Shown: positions 13,783 to 24,963 of the stretch, piece by piece
Numbering within the stretch: position 1 is the first letter of the stretch
Layout: the number at the start of each line of letters is the position of its first letter
From: Phoronis australis
Lineage: Eukaryota > Animalia > Phoronida
NCBI GenBank assembly: GCA_002633005.1
Contig: NMRA01000566.1
Coordinates: forward strand, 62,001 to 126,000
DNA: 64,000 bases
Direction of reading: 5' to 3'
Notes under the pieces: model-generated
The model's input: only the letters and a program-made list of their open reading frames with translations
Databases searched by the model: none
Told to the model about the DNA's origin: nothing
Translations under genes and position numbers: made by a program

Positions 13783-14060
13783 ACGACGTCGCTGACCTGT
13801 ATGACGTGGGAGGAGAGCGAGGAGGTGACTGTGAATTCACCGACCCTCAGGAAGGCATGGAAGGCTAAGAGGAACATAGCACGTGCGAGAACCGAGTCGG
13901 CAAAAGAGCCGAGTGCAGAAGGGCAGGCGTCAAACAAGCGGTGAAGCAAAGCGGAAGTAATGGGCATGCGTGTGTCAGAAGAAGGGCGCAGATTGGAAGT
14001 GCCTTTTAGGATTTTTTTGATAAAAAAGGAGGAAGTGGTGTCAGGGAGGTTGTCAAGCTT
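13783..14060 (-). mobile_element. Tyrosine recombinase fragment of a DIRS/Ngaro-type YR retrotransposon, continuing into the gap
   Basis: Open frame reads SFFIKKILKG...DTRMPITSALLHRL...LARAMFLLAFHAFLRVGEF...IQVSDV. The R-x-PIT and AFxxFLRxGE motifs are typical of DIRS-type YR. The T-rich minus-strand 12480-13023 may be its 3' part (inference). Confidence 0.85.
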
Positions 14061-14136
14061 GTTAGTCCAAGATCCCGACCTGGAGAATTGACGATTTGGT
14101 AATATCTGGGAGGTCAACTTCTAACTTTGATTTTAA

Positions 14137-15233
14137 AGAGTTCCCACCATGCATTTTCTTAGTTTTTGAGGTTTTAGTTATATAATATGAAATGAATACC
14201 ATAAAATCTAACTAAATAATCACTTGTTATGCTAAATAATCACGAGTTTTTTTAATTTTGAAGAGCAATTATCATTTCCAAGTTTCCCGCCAAATGATGT
14301 GATGGGTGGAAGAGGTTTGGTCGCTTGACAATCGTTTGCAATGGTGGAACACAGCAGATTAGAAGACGACGAGGATCTTGAGCGAGAACTGGACAATTAA
14401 TATGCAGACAGAGAAGAGAGTGGATAAGGGAATCACTCTCAAGTACTTGAAGAATCAGACAAGGAATTCAATTTCCCACATAGCGAACTTTCGTCGGCTT
14501 TGAGGCAGTATGAACTCGACCCACTTGCACGAGAAATCTTACAGACATTTGTGAGCCAAAACCAACTGAACCAAGGGGTGATCAATATTCACAAAATAGA
14601 CACATAATAATCACTGAAAAAGACCTAAGTAAACCTGGGTCATCCGTGCACTATTGCTATGATGGAATAAACACGGTCTAAACACAACGCATAAGCCTAC
14701 GTGTCGTAGCACTCGATCTGGGCCGTGGGAGAGGCCTGGCATCACTCGCCCTAGAATGGAAGCAGTTCGTGAGTCCTTCACCGTAACTCCGCTTTTGAGT
14801 TTGGTCGAAACACTATTTCTTGAAATGTGCCGAACAAAGTGTGGCTCACGATTGAATCTCATGTTCCATATTGACATTCCACACTCTCGTGCGGCGCACA
14901 AATCGATGCCATTTCTGTGCAACTTTCACGTATTTAGGAAATTTGAAAATAGACGTTCTGAGTCAAGTTGCTGCAACTACAGTTTTCACAAACGCACTTT
15001 TTCATGTCTGAATAAGGCGGACACTACTCACAACTCCTCAGTATCGCAATGGTATAAAACAACAACGGCGGAGACGGTCTTCCACCCAATAGGTACAACC
15101 ACGATAACACAAAATATTAATTTTTAATTTTTTTTGCCTTGTTTCTTAGCAACAGGTATACTAAAGGCTATCAACTTTCTTGAGATGTATTAACAAAATT
15201 GTTTTTAAGACACAGTGTCATGGTGGGTACTCT
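14137..15233. mobile_element. Kolobok-like non-autonomous DNA transposon
   Basis: TTAA|AGAGTTCCCACCATG ... CATGGTGGGTACTCT|TTAA: 15-bp TIR with 1 mismatch, a purine start and a TTAA TSD. Confidence 0.75.
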
Positions 15234-15837
15234 TTAAGGTAAAAATACATGTTTTAGTCTGAGAGTTTACTATGGCTGGCAGCTTTTTAGAATGTTATCG
15301 CCACTTTAAATTGTCCACCTGAAATAGGGAATGCTTGCTTTAGAAGCAATTGCAAATCTGAATTATGATTTAGTTCTCCGAATCATGGAATAGTGAACCT
15401 TTTTGTGCATGATTATACTTCAACCATTCTTAAAATAGGGACGTCTCTGATTATACAGCGACACTCGAATCTCGCTGTATTTACAGACTATGCTACATAA
15501 TCCGTCAAGCACTTGTAGCCTTGGCGTTTTCGCGCTATTGGAGTTTTTGTTGTTGTGGTGTCTACAATTGTTTTCTCGGTAGTGTTACTCATACAGAATT
15601 ATACAGGAGTCTCAGGTTTATGACATGGGCAAAACCTCTTGGAAATTTCTTTAAAATCCGAGGCATGCCGCATCACCGACTCCATTTCAAAATATAGTCA
15701 AAAATCAACTATTTTTTACCAAATTTGTTCATTTTCTTGCCTTTGCAGTTTGTGAGCTTCGGTTAATTTTCATAATTTGAAGCCATCGCAAACATTTATA
15801 AGTCTGTTGAGCTCGCTTCCCGTTGGCTTCATCACCG

Positions 15838-15918
15838 GTGGTCCCGATGGCTCAGTGGACAAGAGGGTCTGCACGGTTAGCAAAAGTTCCCGGGTTCGAC
15901 TCTTGGTTGGGGCAAGAA
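15838..15918 (+). mobile_element. tRNA-derived SINE head or tRNA pseudogene
   Basis: A box TGGCTCAGTGG (15847) and B box GGTTCGACTC (15893) at tRNA-like spacing. There is no clean cloverleaf. Confidence 0.55.
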
Positions 15919-16722
15919 TCCTACCAAACATACATTCATTACGCCACGTGATGTCACCAACAAGTGGCGAGCTTACCAGAGAGATACGATTTACATTTCC
16001 ACGCCGGTTTAAGGTTTATATAATCCAGGACAGCAGCCATTTGACTGGGTGTATGAGGTGGTGATTATAGACAATAAGACTAAAATGGACATACACATGT
16101 ATCACACCTATGTGATAGAGGAATATCAGTTGCTAGCCCAGGTAGAACCAAATATCACAGTGGAACCATGGACTAATAATGTTATCGTCATATAGCGGCG
16201 TAAACGTGGACGTATGAGATCATTTACGAGAAAAGTCAGACATATGCGTACAGCTGTAATTTTATAAAAATCTCATTATCTCAAAGTCAAGGATTGCACC
16301 CCGTTGGCTTCACATACCTCCCACTGGAACACTAAACATATACATATACCGCTTGCGTTTTGAAAGTATAAAAGAGTCTCGGTTGACCCAAATTCTTCAT
16401 CTGGTGTGCGAGATGCCAGGCTGATCACAAAACGCAATTTCTTCCATTCACGGAGATTGTGGGACGTTCAACATTTTAGTGTGGATCGTTTGAATATACA
16501 CCACCCCGTAACAATTCCAATTTGACGACGGTTATGATCAACAAAGACTTTGTAAAAAAACGCTGAGAAATCCCACTGAACTAAAGCCTCATGCTAAACT
16601 GCACAACGCTGTCCACTAACTAGGCTACATTGGTTTCCCATCCTGCCTTCATTAGCATTACAATCTGCCTAGCGTTCTGCAGCGCTAGGATCTAAGCTAA
16701 AATCTTATATAAAAAACACGAC

Positions 16723-17565
16723 TGTCAGAATAAATATTGATTAAGTAATTAGAAAGAATAGAAATATTTTAAGTTGCCCAAAATTTGTGCATACATGTAT
16801 GTACTTTTAAATCATGGGGTCAAACTTGTTGACATGTATTTTAACGTCAAAATCTATTTTTGATGGTGTTTACTACTTTGCTTCTGGGATCAAAACACTC
16901 TAGAGATTATAGAAATTTCTGAGAGCAAATTGTAACAGTCAATGATATGCTTAGATAAGATAATGTGATTTTTATTAGCCAATCGCTAAATGAGTAGAAT
17001 ACTATAATATGGGGCTGAAATCTAGAAGATATTCAGATGAGCTATAGTAGTTGAACGTACATGTAAAAGACTTCAAACAGTGTACAAAGGAAATTGTACA
17101 ACAGAGCCATCTCGTGGAAGATTCTAGAGAGGATCTTGGCAAGGGCAAGGGTTAACAAACAGGAAGTTAACTGAGCTTGTCACTTGCATCGTGGGTAGTA
17201 AGATACTGGCTGAAGTGTTGCGTCACCAGAGACTGTGACCAGCAAGTACAAAGTCGCAATACAGTGTGTGTAGTTCGAAGATTCACCAATATGATTGTGA
17301 TCCAACAAGTGGAGAGTCGTACAGCTTGGATAGCAGACATTTGATTATTTTGGTTGTTTGATCAAAGTAATCTTTAAAGAGGGCGGTACCATAGTTACTC
17401 TTCTTTGCAGTTGATTGCTTAATTAACAAGAGGTTTCACTTGCCTAATAAGTGATTATCATATGATAAATTAATAACTGGATTTGATTATCCTCACTCCA
17501 TCTACGCACAATATCAAATCATAGCTACTGTACCTTTTTAAAAAACACACAGTCAATCTTTGACA
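16723..17565 (+). repeat. 5' LTR
   Basis: TGTCAGAATAAATATTGATT...CAGTCAATCTTTGACA, colinear with 22069-22947. Confidence 0.92.
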
Positions 17566-17567
17566 TT

Positions 17568-17581
17568 TGGGGGCCAGTCCG
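17568..17581 (+). other. Primer-binding site, tRNA-Pro-like
   Basis: TGGGGGCCAGTCCG lies 2 nt after the LTR; the canonical Pro PBS begins TGGGGGCTCGTCCG. Confidence 0.7.
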
Positions 17582-17652
17582 AAGCGTTTAATTAAAGGTT
17601 GACGAATATTAATTAATGAAGTGCATTCTGGGAATAACACCCTTCATCTAAA

Positions 17653-18580
17653 GTGGATTTTGGAAAGTATATTGCGCAAGCAAAACACTTTGGTTATACG
17701 GGTGAAGAATTAAGGAAGCGGGGACAGGTGGAGCTTTTGCGGCAGGTTTTGGAGCGTGAAGAGCGCGCCCATAAACGGGAGTTGGAACAGGCAGAGCGTG
17801 CCCATAAACAAGAGCTAGAAAAGGCAGAGCTTGCGCGGAAACAAGCTCAATACGAACACAAGCTTGAGCATGAACGAGCCGAGCGAGCCCAAGCAATTGA
17901 GATTAAGATGTAGAAGACGCTGCAACTCCAGATTGAGCTCAAAGCGACATACATGTATAGTGGTGGGGCTGTAAACAGTGGTGTACGTACTAGTCGTCCT
18001 AAACTGCCAAGGTTCGACAAGCGTGTCGACGACATGGATGCTTTCCTAGACCGATTTGAGACGTTCGCCACGAGCCAGAAGTGAGATTAATCGGATAGGG
18101 CTGTGGATTTGAGTCCATTGTTGACAGGTAAAGGCCTAAAGGTATTCAATAACATGCCATCCAAACAGGTGAAAACGTGTTCCAATTCGGGGCAAGACTG
18201 AAAAGGTTCTTTGACCGATGGACACAACTTGCAGAGGTCGATGCGATTTATGATGGACTCAGAGACTTGCTGATCCGAGAGTAATTTCTAGGAGTACGCC
18301 ATTCTGAGATGTCTGTATTTATGAGGGAGCGGAAACCGAAGACCTTCGACGAGGTGTCGACCATTGCTCAACAGTACATGGACGTCCACTTTACTGGTTT
18401 ATTGGGGAAAGTGTTCGCAAAGAAAAACCTGGGTCAGGTAGCCAGTAGATAGACACAGCCAAGCAACACAGAGGAACGAAATACAGAGACTCCTCGTTCG
18501 TAAATGACCAGCAACTAGGGTGACATGGAGTGTTTCAATTGTCATCGGAAGGGTCATTTAGCCAGGGACCGCGGAATGAA
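17653..18580 (+). pseudogene. gag remnant: coiled-coil N-terminus, SCAN-like capsid segment, degenerate CCHC knuckle
   Basis: Peptides ERAHKRELEQAERAHKQELEK; RPKLPRFDKRVDDMDAFLDRFETFA; LRDLLIRE*FL...FMRERKPKTFDEVSTIAQQY; CFNCHRKGHLARD. Confidence 0.75.
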
Positions 18581-19299
18581 AAACTCATAGTCCAAAAGAT
18601 TCGCAGCAGGTAAGCAGTTGTCTGACTCGTAACAGGAACGGGCCAAGACAGAAGACACCAAGAAAACGGTGATGTGGTAGCTAAAGGTACTCCAATAGAG
18701 CAGCACGTAGTTGACGGCTGTCTGAAGTCAGTCGATGGGACATCAATACCGGTAGAGACAGGGACCTGTGATAAGCACAGAGAGCATCTTGCTGACCACA
18801 ATGTGCCCGTTTGTGACAGTTACGTCAACGAGAAAAATTACGCATGATGAGTGACACCGTTTGCAGTAATGCAGCGATGAAGACGTTGCTAGTCAAAGAA
18901 AGTCCACTGATGGGGAAACAACATATCCGTGTGTTAATAGATGGGACGCCACGATCCTTTCCCATAGCGAAAATTGAGGTTTAAACGCCATACTCCGTGG
19001 GTGAAATCGAGGTAATGTGTATGCGAACACCAATCTACGACATCATCATAAGAAATGCTGTTGGATTCAGCAAGGATCCTGATTCCAATTGACAGCCATA
19101 AGGTAGTGTCATGTCCGCAGTCACTACTAGAGCAAAAGCTAAGAAGAGAGAGAAAAACATCAAGCCATCCGGAGTGGAAAGTCTCGACGTCATCAACTTA
19201 AAGGACAAGCAACATTAACAACATGATCCTTCCCTACGTAAGCTCATGGAACTTGTTGAGAAAGACACACCAGCAAGAACACATGGTAGACGTCAATAC

Positions 19300-20350
19300 T
19301 GGTATGAGAAGCAAAAGGGGTCATGTACCGAGTGTATGCTGATAACACCAAAGAGTTGCGTCAGATAGTTGTCAGGGTCAAATATCGACAACAGGCCATG
19401 ACGCTAGTTCACGAGCCAATAGTTGGTGGGCAACTTGGTATGAAGATTTCCAGTGATAGAACAGCTAGTACCTTTTATCGGCCAGGAGTTGGCACTGACG
19501 TAAATCGTTTCTGCACGTCATGTAACATCTGCCAGCGAACAACTCCTAAGGGCAGGATCCTTAAAATGCTATTGGGAGAGATGCCGCTTATGGAAGTACC
19601 GCTCCAGCGTATCGCTGTTCATTTGATTGGTCCTTTGTTGACAATCACAGACAGAGGCATCCGGTACATTCTAACCATCGTGGACTATGCCATAAGATAA
19701 CCAGAGGAAGTACTTCAACCCAGAATAGAAGCTGAGCGAGTCATGGAATTACTGTTTGAAACCTTCCGTACAATTGGCTTTCCATCAGAGTTTCTTAGTG
19801 ATTGTGGGACACAGTTTACCTCGGAAGTACGGAAGGAAGCTACACGGCTAATATCCATGAGGGAACTCTTCACAACTCCGTACAATCCGAAATGCAATGG
19901 ATTGTGTGAGAGTATTAAGGGTGTACTGAAGAGTATGTTTAAGAAAATGTGCCAAAAGAGCGCTCACAAGACTAGGACCTGTACTTACCAGCAGTACTGT
20001 CCGCCTACCGAGAAGTACCACAAGTGATGACAGGTTTCTCGCCATTTGAACTGTTGTGTGGCAGAACCATGCGAGGACCCATGCAGATGCTTAAGGAATT
20101 GTTGACTGGCAACGAAACATTAGAAGTACGAAATACATGTACTTATGAATATGTCCTCGATATGAGACATCGTCTGGAAGAGACATGTGAACTTGTGCGG
20201 AAAAACTAACTAAATGCTGGTGAATAATACAATCACAATTATGACAAAAAGGCATGAAATCGTCGCTTCAGAGTTGAAGACCAAGTCTTAATATTGCTAC
20301 CAACCGACAATAACAAGATGCTACCGCAATGGAGGGGTCCCTATGAAGTA
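19300..20350 (+). pseudogene. Integrase remnant, located upstream of RT
   Basis: LVHEPIVGGQLG...FCTSCNICQR (H2C2); RIAVHLIGPL...RYILTIVDYA; LSDCGTQFTS; TTPYNPKCNGLCE; TGFSPFELLCGR; QWRGPYEV (GPY/F). Confidence 0.9.
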
Positions 20351-20719
20351 ACAGGTACTCAACAAAACGGACTAGCCAGTAAGGGTAGACATACCATGAC
20401 TACCTGTTGAAACTCTACATATCTCGTGACCAAAATGGGGCAGCAAATATAGATGATACAGATCAGAATTCTGAAATCGCAGCCATATCTGTACTTCAGC
20501 CTGAAACAGATAATGAAGTTGGTGTTGTCAATGATGAACATGTACTGGAGTTGGGATCAACAAAGCAAAAAGAAACAAACAAAGATGTCAAGATATCAGA
20601 AGAGCTCACTATTACCCAACGAAGGGAGGTCACAATTCTGCTAGAAGAGAAATCTGACATCTTTAATGAGGTACCGGGTACGACACCCTTCTGGTTGAGC
20701 GCAACATTGAGACCATGAG

Positions 20720-21965
20720 TGGAGAGCCGATGAGAGTCAAGCCATATACAGTGCCATATGTTACACGGTCTGTTGTGCAGGAGGAAATTGACAAAGTGTT
20801 AATGTTGAGTCATACAAACCATACAATGTTCCCTACAACTCTCCGGTGGTCTTAATGAGGAAGGAAGACGGTTCAAATCGATTCTATATCGATTTTTGTC
20901 GTTTGAATGACTTCACCAAGTTCGACTCGGAACCGATGGGCAATCCCGATGACAACATGACTAAGATCAGTAAAGACCAGTATTTTACGAAGATTGGTCT
21001 AAGTAAAGGATACTGGCAAGTCACTGTCGCCGATGAATCACGGCCTAAGATCGCGTTTGTAGTACCAAGTGGTTGCTACAAGTTCGTAAAGATGCCATCT
21101 GGTCTGGTAAATGCGGCAGCGACCATCAACCGCATGACGAGGAAGACGTTGACAGGAGCATATAATACAGAATATTATGTGAATGACATTCTGTGCCATA
21201 ATAAGCCCTGAACTGGACACCTTGCCATCTTGCGAGAGGCTGGACTAACGATTCGACCCGCCAAGTGTTTAGTTGAATCTAGTTCCGTCGATTTCGTTAG
21301 ACATGTGGTCAGTGAAGGGCACTTGGCAATGGATGAAGAAAAGTTGGGACGCATCCGAGATGCACCGCGACCCAGAACGAAAAAAACAAGTTGGTTCTTT
21401 TCTCGGGTTTGTTGGCTGGCTACTGTAGGAAGTTCTTCCCATATTTCGCTGAAATCGCCGTCCCGCTTACTGAGCTCACAAAGAAGAAACAACCTAACAC
21501 CGTGCACTGAGAGCATTCTCAGCAGGTTGCGTTCGACCCTCTTCGAGACCTGCTGACAAGAGACCCATACTGAGATTACACGATTTCAGTAAACCTTTTA
21601 TCGCTCAGACTGATGCGTCAGATACTGGTATAGGCTTTATTTTGTTACAGGAGTATGATGATGGCAGGTTTCCAGTAGCATGTGCTAGTAAGAAATTGTT
21701 ACCTCGGGAAAGGAATTACACAGTCATTGACAGGGAGTGTTTGGCTACCATCTTTGCAATCAGAAAATTTGCAAGACAGTTGTAAGGTAAAGAAGTTATC
21801 ATTCATACTAACCACCAATCCCTTGGTTATACATGTATTCAAAAGAGTAGGTTAGTCAATGGACGAATCATGAGGTGGGCCTTTTTTTGCAAAATTATCG
21901 ATTTAAGATTGAAGCTATCAAAGGCTAAGAGAATGTTGGTGCAAATTACCTGAGCAGGTTAAAGT
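20720..21965 (+). pseudogene. Reverse transcriptase and RNase H remnant
   Basis: SPVVLMRKEDGSNRFYIDFCRLN; LSKGYWQV; MPSGLVNAAAT; YVNDIL (YxDD decayed); LREAGLTIRPAKC; QTDASDTGIG; ACASKKLLPRERNY. Confidence 0.9.
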
Positions 21966-22068
21966 AATGACGATTCTTGGAAGTTGGGTAATAGATCAAA
22001 GTGCTCATCAATATTTAAGTCTTCCATGTTGAGAAAATCTTAAGAAGATTTTTCTTGAGGGGCTTATT

Positions 22069-22947
22069 TGTCCGAATAAATATTGATTATGTACAAAAGT
22101 ACTTAGTAAGAATAGATCCACTTTAATTTGCCCAACATTTGTGCATATGAACTTTTAAATCGTGGGGCAAACTTGTTGACATGTATTTTAAAGTCCAAAT
22201 CTATTTTTAGATGGTATTTACTACTTTGGTTCTGGGGTCAAAGCACTCTAGAGATTCTAGAAATATCCGAGAGCAATTTCTAACAGCCAATGATATGATT
22301 AGATAAAATCATGTGGTTTTTATTAGCCAATCGCTAAATGAGTAGTATATTGTAGAAATCAAGAAGATATTCAGATGAGCTTTAGTAGTTGATGATAAAA
22401 AACTTGCTACAGTGTACACGGGGAATTGTACAACAGTGTCATCTCGTGGAAGATTCTAGAGAGGATCTTGGCAATTGCAAGGGTTAACGAACAGGAAGTT
22501 AACTAAGAGCTTGTCACTTGCATCGTGAGTAGTAAGATACTGGCTGAAGTGTTGCGTCACCAGAGACTATGACCAGCAAGAAGAATCGTGGGTCAAAGAA
22601 ACTGCCTGCAAGTGTTGCGTCAACAGAGACTGTGACCAGCAATTCAGTGTGTGTAGATCGAAGATTCATGAACAGTACTGTCCTCCAACAAATGGAGAGT
22701 CCTACACCTTGGATAGCAGATAAGACATTTGATTATTTTGGTTGATTGATCGAAGTAATCCTAAAAGAGGGCGCTAGCGTAGTTTTTCTTCTTTGAAGTT
22801 GATTACTTAATTGACAACAGGTTTCACTTGACTAATTAGTGGTTATCATACAATAATTTAATTACTGGATTTGATTATTCTCTCTCGATCTAAGCACAGT
22901 CTCAAAGCATAGATACCTTTAAAAAAACCCACAGTTAATCTCTGACA
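22069..22947 (+). repeat. 3' LTR
   Basis: TGTCCGAATAAATATTGATT...CAGTTAATCTCTGACA, preceded by a short GAGGGG (PPT remnant). Confidence 0.92.
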
Positions 22948-23728
22948 ACGGCAATAGCTCACGTAATCACGAGAAGTATTGCTTTATAGGGGGGTCGAAC
23001 TGAATGGGAGGCTGGTGTTGAACTGAAAGAAAAATAGGCCATTGAGTAAGATTTTGACCATGCAAGCTAGGAAATTGATTTGTAAGCGTATTTTAATGTT
23101 GAAAATTTTCTGTTATTTCTCTCGTTTTCTGTAATTACTCTGAATACGAATAATTATCCATATACTGCCGCTTGATTTCAGTTGCACTTATAGTCTTTTT
23201 TGGCTAATTTTATGTGATATCTGTGGTCATAGGAAAGACGAATGACATTGTAATCAGTGGGCACGGAGATCAAAACCCGCACTTCTCACCAGTATTGTGA
23301 CTCAAGTCATTACGCAAGTTTGGATTGTAAACACATGCTTTTTTACGATTACCTGCTTTAGGTACATCGATTGACCACATCCTTGATTGACCAATAAAGA
23401 TGTAGATACCATAGTAGTTGAGCTGGCCCTAAAGCTAATGGAGTCTGGGTGCAAACCAACTAGACGTACTCTACCGCCATCTAGCATCAAGAACATATAT
23501 ATTTTTCAAACAGGTCAATATAGGAAAATCGATATTGAAGCTCTTGTAAAAGTGGCCATTGAATGATGCGTACTGCATAAAGGATGCTCGGTCTTTCTAA
23601 TAAAACCTCAGAAATCACACCTACAGTACATTCTGACTATTGAATTTGAGACTAATTTCATAAAAAACGTGACAAAAGGCAAGGGTTCAGTGGCATTTTA
23701 GTTTATACTTAGAGAAGGCAACACTCAC

Positions 23729-24489
23729 CCCGATTAAGAGCAAAACAAAGTATGGAAACCAGGATAGGCTAAACAGGACGGTCAGGGTGATTAGCATCTT
23801 TGTAATCCTCGAATTCTCTTTCTGTTTGGCTTTGGATTTAGCATCTGCCAGATCACGGCATGTTAGCCCACTACTGCTAACTTCTGTGGTCGATGTTCCG
23901 GGGTTTAAATTCATTGTCCGGATACTGGGCCCAACTTCCCTAACTTCTCGATAGTCACGTGAGAAAGATTCCTTTGCGACTTCGATCGGTCCACGTACAT
24001 GTACCTGATCCTTTTTCGTCGTCGTTGCTACTTCGATTGACGTTATGTGGGCGCTATAACTTGGATTTTCTTGGGCTCTCTGAACTACGGTGACCGGGTA
24101 AACTGCTCTTTGACGTGAGATGAATCGTATGACCCGTGCGTAGTTGTAGACAGTAACTAGAACCGGCAGACAATACACGGAGACGCAGACAAACACACCG
24201 TTTGCTATGGAGTACTCTACTGGTACTAAACCACTTCCGCAGACCTCAAGAGTGCCGTTTGAGGTATTAAACAAGTACACATTGTACTCGGCACAAGTCG
24301 GTATCACAACGACAACAGACGTCGCCCAAATGGCGGCAATGATGTAAGCTGTCTTCCGGACATTCATTTTGATTTCGTGAAGGGTCTTCACGGTGATTAA
24401 GCGATCCCATGATATCACTACTTGCGATCCAACGGAAACAGCGACGCAGAGGAGAGGAGCGGCGTTCACTAACTTACAGAGCAGCTGGC
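23729..24489 (-). CDS. Rhodopsin-class (neuropeptide-receptor-like) GPCR, exon 2 (TM3-TM6, long ICL3)
   Basis: Acceptor tttacAG|GC (phase 1) and donor GGG|GTGAGT (phase 0). Motifs: LCKLV (TM3 Cys), ISWDRL, AAIWA, ECL2 Cys, YCLP..NYARV and LFSLSWFPYF. Confidence 0.92.
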
Positions 24490-24626
24490 CTGTAAAAAGA
24501 ATCGAATAAATCAAAGAAAAACATGTGTATTACAGCACAATAAAACGAATCTTGCCGTACGGTTACGACACTGATCTGGTGTAGATGTTACTCAGCCCTG
24601 TGGCTAGATGTTTGCTTTTTATTTAA

Positions 24627-24963
24627 AAGGATACTAATCCCGGTTTTGGCCTATTAACGGATACTAACAACGACATTCCCACCCGGTTCTCAGAAACAAA
24701 ATAATGATATGTAACCCTCGACAACTCCTTTCAAAGTTTTGCTAAACGGACAAACCTTGGCATACGATTTAGCAAATTGCAAGTGTGTGTTGCGGGGAAA
24801 ATGACCACCCGCCAAGGATAATCATGTCCAATTTGTGAGATTGGAAGGTTGCATTTTTAGTTGATTCCAGTCTTAAACATGCACGTTTGATATGTTAATG
24901 ATGCACCAGCAGCTGAGAGAACGAGGATTGGTTGAAATCATCAAAACAGGGTATGGTATCCTT
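24627..24963. mobile_element. TTAA-flanked MITE (Kolobok-like), copy 1
   Basis: TTAA|AAGGATACTAATCCCGGTTTT ... AAAACAGGGTATGGTATCCTT|TTAA. Confidence 0.75.

Larger units (their letters stand above)
16723..22947 (+). mobile_element. Full-length but decayed Gmr1-type Ty3/gypsy LTR retrotransposon, inside GPCR intron 2 and antisense to the gene
   Basis: Paired TG..CA LTRs, flanks ACGAC/ACGGC (5-bp TSD with 1 mismatch) and a PBS. Domain order is gag-PR-IN-RT-RH, with many stops and frameshifts. Confidence 0.93.

Noticed and set aside
12959-14117. 293-366 aa ORFs spanning the gap
   Set aside because: Their length is an artefact of Ns; only the YR fragment at 13783-14060 is supported.
15838-15918. 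Functional tRNA gene
   Set aside because: A and B boxes are present, but the acceptor and anticodon stems do not pair convincingly and no oligo-T terminator follows.
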